64,000 bases of DNA from Octopus sinensis (lineage: Eukaryota), in NCBI RefSeq assembly GCF_006345805.1, contig NC_042997.1, forward strand, positions 189,782,001 through 189,846,000, given 5' to 3'. The notes below the pieces were generated by a model that saw only the letters and a list, made by a program, of their open reading frames with translations, was not told the origin of the DNA and made no database searches. Shown piece after piece: positions 26,469 through 42,032 of the stretch. Every line of letters begins with the position of its first letter. The stretch's first letter is position 1. The position numbers were made by a program, and so were the translations under genes.

Positions 26469-27077
26469 AGGACCGTTTGTCATACTTTCTAGGGTTAAGC
26501 AAATAGGAAATAACAGTTTCTACGCAAGGACAAAAATCGCGTTACACACTGTTACAGGATCTCATTATCAAATAAGGAAATCGTTATATGAATAAGTTGT
26601 CTATATATCTCTAAACTTCTGTGTTGATATCATATTCACAAATAGCCTTTGAGCAAGATATATCCTGTATATCTGTACACTTTCATGTAAAATACGGAAA
26701 TAAATTTAGTAAGACAAACTTAAACACAAACACACCCAAACATCAGCACCTACTTTTTCTCTCAAGGACACGGATGTAATTAACAATTAGGAAAATGAAA
26801 ATACTAACGTTTCTGAAGGAACTGTAAAGCCGAATGGATATACCTCAGAATAGTTTTGCAATTTAATTGATGAAGGACCCTGATAAGCTTAATAGGTGAT
26901 TTGAATTCACGAAAGTAAAGCACGAATACGACTAACATACTTCGTTCGATATACATATATAGCTATATCAATTTCTCTCTCTTTCTCTCTCTCTATATAA
27001 CACAGACACACACACATAGATGTATGTGTATATATATATATACATATATATAGTGTATATTTATATATATACATACA

Positions 27078-27114
<37 letters not shown>

Positions 27115-27147
27115 GTGTATATTTATATATATACATACATACAATAC

Positions 27148-27207
<60 letters not shown>

Positions 27208-27226
27208 ATATATATATATTATTTAT

Positions 27227-27265
<39 letters not shown>

Positions 27266-27409
27266 CAAGTATATATATATATATATATATTGCTTGCAGT
27301 ATTACGTATATATATATATATATATATACCTATAATACATACATAACAGACAGACTGACAAGCAGGAAGACGGAAGGATGAAGAGAGGGAGAGAGAGACA
27401 GAGAAATAG

Positions 27410-27463
<54 letters not shown>

Positions 27464-28409
27464 TGTGAATGCGTGCATGTTATTATTTACGCCTACTAAG
27501 AGGTGTGAGTTTTAATTGTCTGGTGATACTTGTCTGTGTAAATATTTATCAGTAATCTTAAATTAGAAAAAAAAAAAAAAAAAAAAAATATCATCTTCAA
27601 CGATTGTCTCAATTGAATAAACAGAATGTCGTCTTATATGTTTGTCCTAGCAATTTTCTTTTCCCCAGTCTGACTGAGACGGCAGCATTGGAGTAGCAAT
27701 CATTTCTTACAATGCTTTACGACGAAAATTTTGTGTTGTTACCAATAATTATCACAAACCTAACTATATGACACCTTTCTCTTGTCCAAAATCATTAGCA
27801 ATACGAAGCTAACATTTCCTTCGTGGATTTAACATCTCATGAGATATTTTTTTCTCTCTCCTAGATCTATTATTACTTGTAGAATTCATTTTCTAGAAAT
27901 GCTAAAAATTCTAATTCGCACTCTAACACTGAAAATTATTGACGTGATCTTTTATATATCGTTTTCCTAATCTCTAATTACGAAATTCACGGTCGTCCAT
28001 TCTTCAGACATAGGATATACTAAAACCATTAATTGCTATAGAAACTCTCGGTTATAGAATTAAAGTATAAGGAATATACTCTTTTACTCTTATACTTGTT
28101 TCAGTCATTTGACTGTGGCCATGCTAAAATATAGTGAAATAAATATTATTAACCCAATTCGGTATTGAATAATCTCTCAGATTATCTCTTCTCCTTTATC
28201 TCTTAGTTGCTACTGATTTTGGACTGGAGCCATGCTGGAGCATCACCTTTAAACGTTTAGTTGAACAAATGGCCCTGGTACCTATTTTAAAACTTGGTAT
28301 TTATTCTATCGGGGTCACTTTTTGCCGCATCACTAAGTTACAGCAATGTAAACAATCCAAAACTGGTTGCCAAGTGGTGGCGGGTGACATATACAAACAC
28401 AAATACACA

Positions 28410-29095
28410 CTTACTTACCTGCCTACCTACATACCTACCTATCTACTTACCTACCTGCTTGCCTACCTACCTGCCTGCCTGCCAACCTACCTACCCACCT
28501 ACCTACCTACCTACCTACCTACCTACCTACCTACCTACATACATACATACATACATACATACTTACCTACCTGCTTGCCTACCTACCTGCCTGCCTGCCA
28601 ACCTACCTACCCACCTACCTACATACCTACCTACCCACCTTCCTACTTGACTACCTACCTACCTACCTACCTACCTACCTACCGACCGACCGACCAACCT
28701 ACCCAACTGCTTGCCTACCTACCTACATACCTACCTACATTCATACCTACCTACCTACCTACCTACCTACCTACCTATCTACCTACCTACCTACCTACCT
28801 ACCTACATACATACATACATACCTACCTACCTACCTACCTACCTACCTACCTACATTCATACCTACCTATCTACCTACCTACCTACCTGCTTGCCTACCT
28901 ACCTGCCTGCCTACCTACCTACCTACCTACCTACTACCTGTCCTACTTACCTACCTACCCACTTACCTATATACCTACCTACCTACATACCTACCTACAT
29001 ACCTACTTACCTACCAACCAACCAACCAACCAATCAACCAACCAACCAACCAACCAACCAACCAACCAACCAACCTACCCACCCATCTACCTACC
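28410..29095. repeat. Long degenerate (CTAC)n/(CATA)n/(CAAC)n tetranucleotide array
   Basis: Read directly; gives the 298-aa PTYL pseudo-ORF. Confidence 0.95.
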
Positions 29096-29304
29096 TCATA
29101 ATCTTGCAATCTCCATATCTCGTTCTATCAGTGGTGGGAGCGACGTTTTACATGTTAGCTCGTAGATTTTTTTAAGATGGTGGACCAGCAGAATCAATAC
29201 CACGCCGGGCAAAATACTGCCTAGCATTTCATTAATCTTTACGTTCTGCGTTTAAATTCCTCTGAGGTCGACTTAACGTTATTATCCAGTGTTTTTTTCT
29301 TTTA

Positions 29305-29531
29305 TTTTTTTCTTTTAGTTGTTTCAGTCATTTGACTGCGGCCATGCTGGAGTAACGCCTTTTGGTCAAGCAAATCGACCCCAGAGCTTATTCTGTGTAA
29401 GCCTAGTACTTATTCTATCGGTCACTTTTGCCGAACCGCTAAGTTACGGGGACGTAAACACACCAGCATCGGTTGTCAAACGATGTTAGGGGGAAAAACA
29501 CGGACACACAAACATATGCACACAGACACAG

Positions 29532-29566
<35 letters not shown>

Positions 29567-29737
29567 CATATACGATGGACTTCTTCCAGTTTCCGTCTAC
29601 CAAATCCACTCACAAGGCTTTGGTCGGCCGAAGGCAATAGTAGAAAACACTTGCCCAAGGTGCCACGCAGTGGGACTGAACCCATGACCATGTGGTTAGT
29701 AAGCAAGCTACTTACCACACAGCCATTCCTGCGCCTA
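29305..29737 (-). mobile_element. SINE family 1, full length
   Basis: Head to tail match. Confidence 0.9.
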
Positions 29738-29789
29738 TGTTATCTTCTTTTGTAATGACCTTTTTCATTATTTCCATAGTTTCGTTCAA

Positions 29790-30410
29790 AATCTACACTT
29801 CGGGGTTGGTAAAATAAGTACCAGTTACACACTGGGGTCGATGTAATCGATTTACCCCCTACCCATGAACTTCCTGGCGTTGTGCCAAAATTCGAAACCA
29901 TAGTTTTGCTTATTTCTCCCCCCCCCGTCCCCCGAAAGCACTCCTTTCTTAAAGTATCACTGAAAACTGGCGACTACAGGGCTTATTTTCAACCGGAAAG
30001 TAAATATCAAAATTTGTTTGTAGTTGGAACACACTATTTGAAAATACATAAATATTTATGCGAGGTAGACTTGCTCTGGAGTTATTAGCCCGTCTCTTGA
30101 AACTATTTGACCCAACTGGCAGAATCGTTGCCGTACCGGAAGAAAAGCATGGCGGCATTTCTTCCAAATTTGCATTCTGAGTTCAAATTCTGCGAGCTGG
30201 CAGAAACGTCAGCTCGCCGGACGAAATGCTTAGCGGCATTTCGTCTGCGTTACGTTGTGACTTCAAATTCCGCCGAGGTCGACTTTGCCTTTCATCTTTT
30301 CGGGGTCGATAAAAATACGTACCAGTTGAGCAATGGGGATCGATGTAATCGAATTGCCCCCACCTTCGAAATTGCTGACCTTGTGCCAAAATTTGAAACC
30401 AATATTTCTT
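29790..30410 (+). mobile_element. SINE family 2 fragments (tandem heads)
   Basis: Two heads at ~30110 and ~30190 plus a 3' fragment at ~29790. Confidence 0.75.
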
Positions 30411-33400
30411 TAACTTATTATTTCTCTCAACATGAATGTGTTGAAAAAAAAAATGATATTTTCTGATTCTAATTAATGACCTACATAGAACCAAGCTTGG
30501 TAACATACTGATAAAATGTTTAATCTTTATCGTATATAAAATTGTATTTTTTTTCTTTCCTGAATATTCGTGTAAAAATACTCGTTCACATGATATACGC
30601 TATTAAAAGAAACTTTAGTTGAAACACATAATTCCAAGTCACGCACAGGCATATGAACCAATTCGGAAGATTTATATAATATAGAAATGCACTTTAAATT
30701 TGATAAATAATGGAAAATACTGATATAGGTATAAATAATACCTGTTTTAGTTCTGTGCCATGGAATTGGTTTGCAATTATTTCATATTGTATTACAAGGG
30801 GAACCAATAATATAGCCGTCAGAATCAAAAGTTTGAAGAATTGTCTTCTTTGATCTTTAAAAGGAAATAACATAAATCGAAACAAAAATATAAAGATAAT
30901 AAACAAAACGAAATAAAAATGGAACATTGTAAGGAATCAGATTTAAAGTGGTTCTTATACTCAAAGAGTGTTTTCTGGAAGTTGATATTCATTTTAATGT
31001 TGAGAATTTGTTCCATAAATTTACTTTTGAAGGGAACATGGCATACGAGGTGAGTATTATCGGAAACAAAGATTTTATCAGCAAAATAAACTAACTGTGA
31101 AATTAAAAACATTAATATTCCTTTCTTATGGGAGAGCGAACATCACATTGCTATCAACGTACTCATATATCTTCCGGTAAGTTACGGAAAATAATTTTAA
31201 GTTCTTCGAGTAGTACTTCATTAATAATTTAATATGATATCTGAAATGGCAGGGGATTTAAATAAATTTTGTTTTAGTGAATAAGCCTAGATCACTTTTG
31301 CTAAATATTTTACTGCTATTTTGAAAGCAGTGTTGACGTTGTATTATTATTTCGAAAGCTCTTTCTTATGCTTGTGTCTTCGAAACATGTCTCATAATAT
31401 TGTTTTAAAATAGATTAAATATAACAAAAACTTTCCAGACTTTAAAATATCATAATTTCAGCCTTTTCCGTCTGAACCGTTTACTATTTTCCTCAAAGAC
31501 CCAAAATTATTATTACTTTGGTTCAAAAGAATCATATGTCATTATTTATACTTAAAACGTTTGAAACTTTCGAAATTTTTATCTATATAGTTTGTGTAGA
31601 AAATATGTTTTCGTGACTTGATGCAAAAGATTAGTATTAGAATATCGGTATTATTAGATTATTAGTACACAATTCCTTCAGACTTTTCATTTCAGTTTCA
31701 TAACATGTTGATAATAAATTGTTAGTTTTTGCGTATATTACCAGTATATTACTAGTCGAAAATATTCCAAATGTATATATAATGGAGAATGCTAAGTTTT
31801 GAAGTCCAATATCTTGCTAAACAAAACAACATTAGTCAGAGTGAAACCTCAAAAGATAATATTTTAAGATCTGTGAAATTCAGAGTATAGCATTTTTTTT
31901 TATTGAAAAAATAATACTATTCAATATGCAAAAAATTAACCGTGTCAAAAATAATATTCTGAGGATTTAGTGGTAAAACGTATTGCAACTCTTTATAAGT
32001 TAAAAAAAAAAGATAACACTGGATAATATTTGAGTATCACAAAAAGTTAGATATAGAATATATTTTTTAAACAACCGTAGGAGCTATCTACATTTTCTAT
32101 TACAAATATATGTACCATTATATATTTAGGTGCATTTAAATGTGCAAATGCTTATATATTAAGTAATTGTATTAATGAGCTAGACTCGCTCTTTGTTGTT
32201 GTTACACATACGTTTGCTCACTCACTCACACCCACGCAGAGTCCCTGTTTCGCTTTCACATACATAAACATATATAAACCTACAAAGAAGTTATCACATG
32301 TCATCTAAATGATTTATTACATAGTGTGTATCATGGGATGCAGAAGTGGATTTTTCCCCCCAAAGGAAATAGTGGGATCTCAAAAATGTTTCATAAAAAA
32401 CTGCATCAACAGCATTAATTATGAAATCCACATGTAAACGCATGAAAATAGTTTGTTATGAATATATTTCGAGCAAGAAAAATATAGGAAAGAAACAGTT
32501 TGATGTAAACCAGTGGAGGACATAAAGATGGAAAAGAAGGAACGCAATTCTATCTGATAAGAAATCTTTATTTACTTATTTATTTTATTATTGTTTTTTT
32601 TTTTTGCCAATACACAAGTGAAAGAGATAAATAGCGGAGACACACGAGATCTTCAAAGAAGGGAAAAAATAAAGCAAAAATTAAAAAAAAAAATATTGCA
32701 CATTCTATGCTAATTCAGTCTCACTGGAGGCAGAGAGAAAAAGAGGGTGAGAGAGTGTGAGGAGAGAAAGAGAGAGGTAGAGAAATATAGGGAGAGAGAG
32801 AGTGAAATACATTAAGATACTTGGAAAGGAACTAGGATAAGTAATATCATGTAGACAGAGAGAGAGAGAGAGAGAAAAAAAAAGAGATATAGAGAGATAA
32901 ATACATTTAGATTGTTGAAAAGGGACAGAGATAAGTTATAGTGTGGGTAGAGAGAGGGGGGTAGACTAACAGACAAACAAAGAAAAAAAGTTAAAGATGG
33001 AAGAAAAAAGAAAGACAGATACACGGATTAGACAAAGATGGAATGAGAAATAGAGAGATAGAGAGATAAAACTCGTAGACAGAAAGTTAAGGTGGATAGA
33101 AAAGAGGAGAGGCTAAAGAGTTTGAATATGGAAGACCTATATTGATAGAACCCTAGGTAGAAATACTGACGAGCAGATTGATAGATAGAGAACGAACGAA
33201 GAGAGAGCGGACTGGAGGATTGACGGAAATGTATTTGAAGGCAGACGGTAAGAGAGTGTAGAGAAAGAGGGAAGAATGAAATGTTGGAGAGAGAGAGAGA
33301 GGAGGAGATTGTAAAGAGAGTGTGAGAGAGAACGAACAATTGAGAGCAATGTAGATGAAAGGGGAAAGCACGATTTATAGTAAAGATAGAAAGGAAGAGT

Positions 33401-33985
33401 CTAGAAACAAATATTACAACGGAAATAAAATATAAACTAATTTTAAAGAAAAAGTCTGTTGAGTGACTATCATTTCTGTCAACAGTTGATAACCAACCAT
33501 AAATAGCGAACGTCTAGCTGCTTCTCTACAGCCAAACAGACACAAAAAAAACCCAACAACAATGGCAAACACACGAGATTATGTTAAACGCGTGAAGATG
33601 AGCTGGAGCTGTTCTCTGAGAAATGAAATACAAAGAAAAAACAAAAGCAAAAACAAAAGCAAAACAAAATAGAAAGCAACACAAAACAAAAATGCATTTA
33701 TGGAGTAAAGAAAAGATGGAGGAATTAATGTTTCAAGTTATAAAATAACGTAATTTTTTAAGTTAAATGCTCTTTGCTAAAATTTAAGACTTAAAGGAAT
33801 ACTGTTCACCAAAAATATGTGGAGTCTGTTTTTATATAACTAGGAACGCACTTCGAACACTATATAGTGAGTGCAAACAGAAATTGTGATTAACTGTCTA
33901 GTGATACCAATAAATCATTAGATTAATGAATAATTCAGTTTAAGAAAAGCATGGGAGATAACTTCTGTTTTATAATTAAGAGTGA

Positions 33986-34255
33986 GGATCTTTTCGGTTT
34001 GAACGGCAGATTTTAACATAATTTCTAGATAACTAAAAAATTTTAAACTTCGTATACTGGTAGAATGTGTTTATAAAACCTCTTTTTCTCTTAGCTTTAT
34101 TGAGAAAATTCTATAGTTTGTAAGATATTTGTTGTTGTTTTTCTTCAATTTCTGCAATTTCAAACAATCAGTGACTTCCATTGAGGTAAAAAAACATTCT
34201 GTGCCGTATGAATATGTCCCTCGTTTAAGAAACAGATTAGGTTTATTTACATTTG
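33986..34255. mobile_element. One arm of the GGATC-TIR foldback/MITE family
   Basis: GGATCTTTTCGGTTTGAACGGCAG matches the TIRs at 18173 and 46638-47047. Confidence 0.75.
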
Positions 34256-34290
34256 CTATATTTTAATTGAGAGTAATTAAAAATAATGTA

Positions 34291-34840
34291 TTGGGTTGTC
34301 TGGAAAGTTCGTGCCGATTTATAGTAGCTTACATTTCGACTTATTTTAGAACATGGTTGAGTCCATAAAATAGGATTTGACTACACCTCCACTTAGAACA
34401 CAGTTTAAGCTATCTTTTCGTGGAAGAAAATTTATGTTCCTATAACCTGTGTTAATTCTGTAACGCTTTAAAATGGGAGATAAGAAAGTTCATTTTCGGC
34501 ACTTGATGCTTTGGGAATCAGACAAAAATTGCTACAGCTCGGCTAGGACGGGTTACCCCACCCTCCATATTCACCAGATATTGTTTTTTCAGGTCTCTGC
34601 AGAATAGTCTTAATGGTAAAAATTTCAATTCCTTAGATGACTTCAAAAGAGACGTTGATGAATTCTTTGCCATGAAACCACCTCAATTCTGGGAAGAGGG
34701 TATTTTCAAGTTAAAGGAAAGAGGGAAACGCATTGTGCAACAAAATGGTTCATATTTGGTTGATTAAAGATGTAATGGCAAGTATTTATTGACCGATTTC
34801 TTTCCTTTAAAAATCGGCATGAACTTTCCGAACAACCCAA
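34291..34840 (+). mobile_element. Internally deleted mariner transposon
   Basis: TIRs TTGGGTTGTCTGGAAAGTTCGTGCCGATTT / AAATCGGCATGAACTTTCCGAACAACCCAA with TA flanks. Remnant protein MGDKKVHFRHLMLWE ... HPPYSPD ... FRSLQNSLNGKNF ... FWEEGIFKL ... NGSYLVD*. Confidence 0.9.
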
Positions 34841-35805
34841 TACCAAGAACACTGGTAAATAATCTAGGCTTGCCAGTATGACATATTAGAACCCTACCTC
34901 TTAGCCGATTATTCTATCGACGTTCTTCTGGTATTAACGTTAAGTGAAGAAGATGGACGATATCGCTTGCTGTTCATAGACATATTCAAAATTATAAGCA
35001 CATGCATCCACATACACAAGCTCTAATACACATACACACTCATACATATTGATAAAACAAATTGACATTCAGACATGAATTTTGAGTTCTTTATTTTAAG
35101 CACTTGACCATGTTCCTATAATCGGATAAACCAAGGACTAATTTACCACTCCCTTTCGGTAAGTACATTCGCCAAATATACATACACGCCCATACCTTAA
35201 ATATTACACATGCACGAGCGCACACAGACACACACAAACGCACACATACACATACACAGACACAGACACAGACACACACAAACACAAATAAGCAATATGG
35301 ATGGCTAATTCGCAATTTTAAAATCTAAAGGCAGAAATATACACGTCACTAAGGTAACAAAGGGAGGGCACAAATCAGCACCAGTACTGCTAGAAATAAG
35401 AGTCAAAACAACTCAATAGCCACAGAAAGCACTATCTTAATGACTGACAAGGGAGACAAGCTGGTGCTGATTAGAGCCTTTAGTCACTTATGTGACGTAT
35501 ATATACATGTGCGCGCGCGCGCGTGTGTGTGTGCGCGCGCACGTGTATATCCTACGTTTTGGGAGGGTCAGTATTACCTCATTGACGATAAGCGCTGACC
35601 ATGTACAAAATATGTAGCAATTTTCTTATTGAAATAATTTCTGCCGATATCACTGCTCTGCCTGTGCTCTGGCAGAAATATCTATTGTAATTGTTGCGTA
35701 AAGATTTTTTGGTAGCTCTATTGATATAGTCTTGGAGATTATCAGTTGCTAGTTGTTGCTGGTTGTTACTGTCCTTCAAAAGAGGCAAAAGAAAAATAGA
35801 ACACA

Positions 35806-36222
35806 GGCGCAGGAGTGGCTGTGCGGTAAGTAGCTTGCTTACCAACCACCTGGTTTCAGGTTCATTCCTACTGCGTGGCACCTTGGGCAAGTGTCTTCTA
35901 CTATAGTCTCGGGCCGACCAAAGACTTGTGAGTGGATTTGGTAGACGGAAACTGAAAGAAGCCCTTTGTATATATGTATATATAAATATATATATATATG
36001 TATGTGTGTGTGTGTGTTTATGTGTTTGTTTGTCCCCCTAAGATCGCTTGACAACCAATGCTGGTGTGTTTACGTCCCTGTAACTTAGTGGTTCGGCAAA
36101 AGTGACCGGTAGAATAACTACTAGACTTAGAAAGAAAAAGTTCTGGGTTCGATTTGCTCGGTAAAGGCGGTGCTCCAGCATGGCCACAGTCAAATGACTG
36201 AAACAAGTAAAAGAGTAAAAGA
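35806..36222 (+). mobile_element. SINE family 1, full length
   Basis: Head to AAAAGAGTAAAAGAG tail. Confidence 0.9.
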
Positions 36223-36645
36223 GATGCTAACAAATCGCATTATTTCCACCAAACTGTCAAAAACGTAACAAAATGCTGTAAAGGATATGTAACAAAGTGT
36301 TTCACTATACTCAAAGTGAAAACATATTTAGCTTTTTGTAAGTCGAGAATTTCTTAATTGCTTTGGTCGTGGTACACTGTGATTCGTATGGCTCAGCGAT
36401 TTACTATTATAATTCGTGCAGTTATGTTAATATAAATCACTGTTGGAAGTGGCAAATCGAAACAAGATTATACCCAGTTTAACCTCCTGTAACTACATGA
36501 TCAGTGCGCTAACATTAAAATGAACACACACAGCACAAATAAATTCGTATTGAATTATCCAGTTTTGTTCAATTACTAGTGAGTAGTCATTGATTAGGTC
36601 ATTAACTTCAAATTCCACCTTTCTATCTAACGAAGTAGAACATAT

Positions 36646-37027
<382 letters not shown>

Positions 37028-37041
37028 TATATATATATAAT

Positions 37042-37116
<75 letters not shown>

Positions 37117-37394
37117 ATATATATAATATATATGTATATATATATATACATATATATAAAACAGTACTTGGAGAAGAAGAACGGAACGAAACGAACGAAT
37201 CGAATCGAATCGACGCGAGGGCGCTGTCATACAATAGTGTAATAAATAAAATATATGCATACATACATACATATATGTACGTACCTACATCTACATGTAT
37301 ATATACATGCATATATAAATATATATACGTGAGTACAGGACACCACAAATAGACGCAGAACTCAACGAGAAACGAAAACGGAAAACAAGCATGG

Positions 37395-37565
37395 AAATAT
37401 ATATATATGACGGGCTTTCAGTTTCTTTCTACCAAATCCACTCACGAGGGTTTGGTCGGTCTGAGGCTATAGTAGAAGACTCTTGTTCAAGGTCACATGC
37501 AGTGGGACTGAACATTGGACCACATCAGTGGTTGGGAAGCAAACTTGTTACCACACAGCTACGCT
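37395..37565 (-). mobile_element. SINE family 1, 5' part
   Basis: Degenerate head match. Confidence 0.75.
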
Positions 37566-40500
37566 TTCACACTAAATGTAGTATTTGTCATGTCTTGTAT
37601 CAAATCTCAGCTGATTTTGAATTCAACGCTTTGAATTCAAAGCATTGAATTCTAACTCTGGCTGAATTTGAACTCAGTATTGTAAGGTACATATTGCAAA
37701 ATATGCTGTTTGGTGTTCGAACCTTACGGACATTAATAACACCACATCTGATTTTGAAAACTAATTGACAACCCAGCGTATTTTCACGTAGCCCTATATT
37801 AAAAGTATTTTTTCTTATTTAAATTTTCATTATTTATATAATTTTTTATTCTTTTATACCAAACGGCAGAATTGCAAGCTATAAATAATTCCCGAATGGA
37901 GAAAGAAATTGTGTTATAAACTAACATCAAACGTAAAACTTTCTTTGATATCCATGGAAGATTGTCACGAAATAAAAGAATAATAAAAAAAAAATGGAAG
38001 CCAATAGGCTATATATAAAAAGAAAAAAGATATAAAAATGAATACAACTTAGCTCCTTATGTCTTTTTGATTTAAAATTTACTCTCATTTCCAAACTCGT
38101 TTTATAACTTAGAAGTTTTAACTGACAAGACAAATTATATTTATTACCGATTCAGAAATAACGTTATGGAACCTCAATGACTTTGACAGACATAAAATAC
38201 CTAACAATAGCTCCGCCAAATCCAGCCATTCTTATCTATAGCTTAGGGATAGCGGCACAATTTACTTACATTTGATTATTGCGGTGTTACGAAAAGCCTA
38301 ATGTGACAGTCTTTGCAAATGCAAGCATTGATATTTATATTGCTCGAATATATCTTCTTCTTCTTCTTCTTATTCTTCTTACCACCGCCACCATCACCAC
38401 CACCACCACCTCTACCGCCAACCCCACCACCAACATCATCACCATCGTCTTTTGTTTCGGTAGTTGTCACTAATTTTTGTTAATATTATTTATTGATTTA
38501 TATCATTTTCTCCTTTTCTCGTAATTTTTCTGAATGAAATATGACTTCTGTGTTGGCTTCGGGTAAGGAAACTTTAGTGAAAAGAATGGCAGGTGCTTCT
38601 GAAGATTTCACTCAGAATATCTTTTAAGTGGAAAGGAAGCAGATTTTTAGATTGCAGTAGCTTTTTCTAAGGTTAAAAATATATCTCTCTTATTTTTCAT
38701 TTACATATATTTCCTGTCTTTCTGTCTTTCTGTCAGCATATCTTTTTTAGCAGACCTGCAATGATTCCTATACATTTTGTAGGTTTCTTGTCGGAGTTTA
38801 TATCTTCCCTGGTTCGTTTCTCTTTATCCCTTTAATATTTTTGAAAAAACTTACACAAGCTTCCTATCTGAAATCTCATTATGCCTTCTGCTTTTATATA
38901 ACTTTCAATGCCATAAATCGCTTGCAAGTAAGTATGTAATGTAATATTAGACATTAGAAATATCGATATGAGACTGGACCAATGTTAGGAAGCTAACCAC
39001 GAAAGTAAGTCGTTTGCCGGGTTATTGCGTTACCGATGGTTCTATCATTTAATTTACTATAATCTTAACAGAATTACATATGCTCCACAATTCCTGTAGT
39101 ATACTTGTTTCTCTCTACAATCTCAAATTGCTACGTATAATACGACGGTTAATCAAGAGCGTTTTTTTTATATGAATGTATGTTTGTTTTTCTACACATA
39201 TCCTTATATACATTTATACTGTCCACATATGCATAAACGTATAAGTGTGTACATGTTTGTTGATATCTTTCATTGTCTCTAACATACATTCATTGACATT
39301 TGTTTTTTATCTGCCATCCACCACTTCTTTTTCGTTTATTCTCCCACACTATTTTTTTCTCTATTCTATTCCACATTGGTTCGATTTATAACATTGCAGC
39401 TTCCTTCTTCAAAGACATAACACATGCACACATTTTTTTATTTTGCCTACAATAGTAGAACCTTGAAAATAGCCAAACTACAAGTCCCATTCAGGTGCGA
39501 TGGACATCGCAGTTTTCCATTTTTGGGGCTTATCAACATCACGTACCTGAACCGAGCCGGCGGTAAACTGAATAGCCTATCTATGACGATATATAAAATG
39601 GTGTAAAAACCATCTGCTGGTATGCTCGACGATGCGATGTGAGAATAAATTCAAATATAATGTGCGTGTGTGTTTGTATGTGTATGTGTGTTTATTTGTT
39701 TGTGTTTGTGTGTATATGTGTATGTGTGTGTGTGTGTGTGTGGAAACTGATGTTATACGCTCACGTGTGTTTGGAATAATATTCTTGTATTTATTTAAAC
39801 GTTTGTCATCAAGTTTCAATAATTTTCTAAAGCACCATGTTTGTTTCGATAAATTCGGTGCAATATTGTTGAGCTGATTTTTAACATTTCCAATATATAA
39901 TTTGAAGATGTTAAATGTTAGTTAATAAATTAGCTCTGTTCTTTCAGTGGTGATTCCAACTTGTCAAATAATGTCTATCTCTGCTTCGCTAAATAAAGAA
40001 AGAATGTTTAGCAAAATTTGTCGAATTATACTTTGCTTTTCTGTTTATATCGTGAATTATATTTCTTCACACATTTCAGAATATTTAATAATCAGCACAT
40101 CACGATGGTTTAAAGTCTCACCAACTTTCTTTTGCATTTCTGTTATTAACTGTAAAATAATTACAAACGAGTTTCATTTGAAGTGCAATTGCATATGCTT
40201 ATATCGTTATGCAGTATTTAGCTAATTCTACAGAATTATTTCTTCGTAACTATTTCTCCAAATTATGATTTTCTATATTCTCTTATTTCATATAGTTACA
40301 GTAATCGCTATACCTAAACTTAACCATATTGCATGTACTACTAACGATGAAGCACAAAATGCTTATCAATTAATTTGTCGTTGTATTCTGCAAAAAGTTG
40401 GGTAAAACTCATTGATATAATCATGTCAGCTGAAAACTTGTAAATTATAAAACAATTTTAGACTTAAGCTTATGCATAACAACACTTGTTTCAATGACAT

Positions 40501-41114
40501 TAATTAAGCATATAACAATCATTTACAATATGTATCTAATCTCCTGTCATTGGCATATGAACAAAATATACTGTATAATGTAAATATGCGTTTTCTTACA
40601 CCTTTGCACCACCAAAACGAAGACGTTCTGAACTGGTATTAGTTACACGTTTATTTTATGTTATGTAGTTTAAAATAAATGTTGAGAGATTATTTAGAAA
40701 AATTTAACCTCCTACAAAGACTCATATCTATTATGTAATATTTGCTAAATTTTTTAATTTAAAAAATCTTTCTATTTAAATTTAATAATCAAATGGAGGA
40801 GGACAAACAACACCCGTAACATGACACGATTGCGTTCAATGTAGTGTACTCCACTGAAAGATCTCAAGGCTCAAATGTTGGTGCTAGATTGGACGAGATA
40901 CTAAGTCTACTACTCATGTTAGGAACAGCCCCTCGCACTCAATTTTCATCTACACAATTTCATTTAGAGGAGTTGGTCGAGCTGTATCTATGTCAGAAGA
41001 TATATCACTTAGGTGCCACACAATGGGAATGGAAAAGAAAATATGTAGTATAAAGCAAATCTCTTAATCTAAGAGCTATGTCTGTACCTAAGTATTTAAA
41101 AAAATACGCCCTTT

Positions 41115-41352
41115 TAAAACCTAGCCAGGCTCATGGGCCCAGTTACCCAGTTTTCATGGCGTATGTGTTCCCCAGCTGGATGGGACATCAGTTCATCGCA
41201 GCGTTACTCATTTTTGCCAGCTGAGTGGACTGGATCAACGTGAAATGAAGTGTTTTGCTCGAGAACACAACGCGTCGCCCGGTCCAGGAATCGAAACCAC
41301 AATCTTACGATCATGATGCTGACACCCTAACCACTAAGCCACGCGTCTCCAC
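41115..41352 (-). mobile_element. SINE family 3
   Basis: Head GGAGACGCGTGGCTTAGTGGTTAGGG on the minus strand. Confidence 0.85.
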
Positions 41353-42032
41353 AACCTAAGTATCTATAATAACAATATTTGAGATACTTGGTAGATAGGC
41401 AGGAAAATATTTGTAAGGAGAAATAAAATAGAAAATTTTAAATGATAAAAAAACAATTAAAAATAATTCAGGAGATTAAAATATTGAGTACAGATCAGAG
41501 TTACTCATGAATGTCAGGAGTAATTCGTAAAAACAATCATTCCTAGAGCTATTCACTGTCGAATTATTTTTAAAATATTTAAAATTATAATTACGGGTTT
41601 ATTCATACAAAACTATGAGACACATACATAAAAATCATTTGAAGTGTAACGTCATTGTTTATAAATATGAATGAATGTAAGATGTTTCTTTTATCTTCAG
41701 AACAAAAGCAAATACATAGAAGTAGTCAATAAATTTATCTCTAGTGATCTAAGTTCCGGCACCTCGAGTATATGACCGAAGTGTGCTCCAGGGGAAACAC
41801 CCGTTACGACATTGAATTTAATAAAACGTACATCATAGTAGATAATAAGCAAAAAAAAAAAAAAAAAAAGAACAAGATCAAAAACAAACAAACAAACTCA
41901 GCAATGACTTATTTCCAGTCATAATTTTAAAAGAATGTTGTTCTAAAACAACAACCCTTGTAAACAGATATCTTTGGCGCTGTGTTCCAGATACAGGTAA
42001 TATAAATCATGTCTCTATCACAAACGGTTTGG

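Noticed and set aside
26850-26930. Additional hammerhead-like fragments (also near 2130-2200, 2550-2600, 22960-23000 and 62230-62290)
   Set aside because: The core, GAAA and stem I could not all be satisfied in one fold; too decayed to call.
30933-31055. Possible exon KVVLILKECFLEVDIHFNVENLFHKFTFEGNMAYE ending at GAG|GTGAGT
   Set aside because: Good donor but no polypyrimidine acceptor, no recognisable protein and no partner exons. It needs RNA-seq.
39488-39552. Hairpin TTCAGGTGCG...CGTACCTGAA as a pre-miRNA
   Set aside because: Only about 13 bp of stem with a large unpaired interior.
40120-40165. Possible 28-nt minus-strand micro-exon (TTTTACAG|...TTG|GTGAGA, LITEMQKKV)
   Set aside because: Such splice-like pairs arise by chance in 64 kb of AT-rich DNA, and there is no supporting context.
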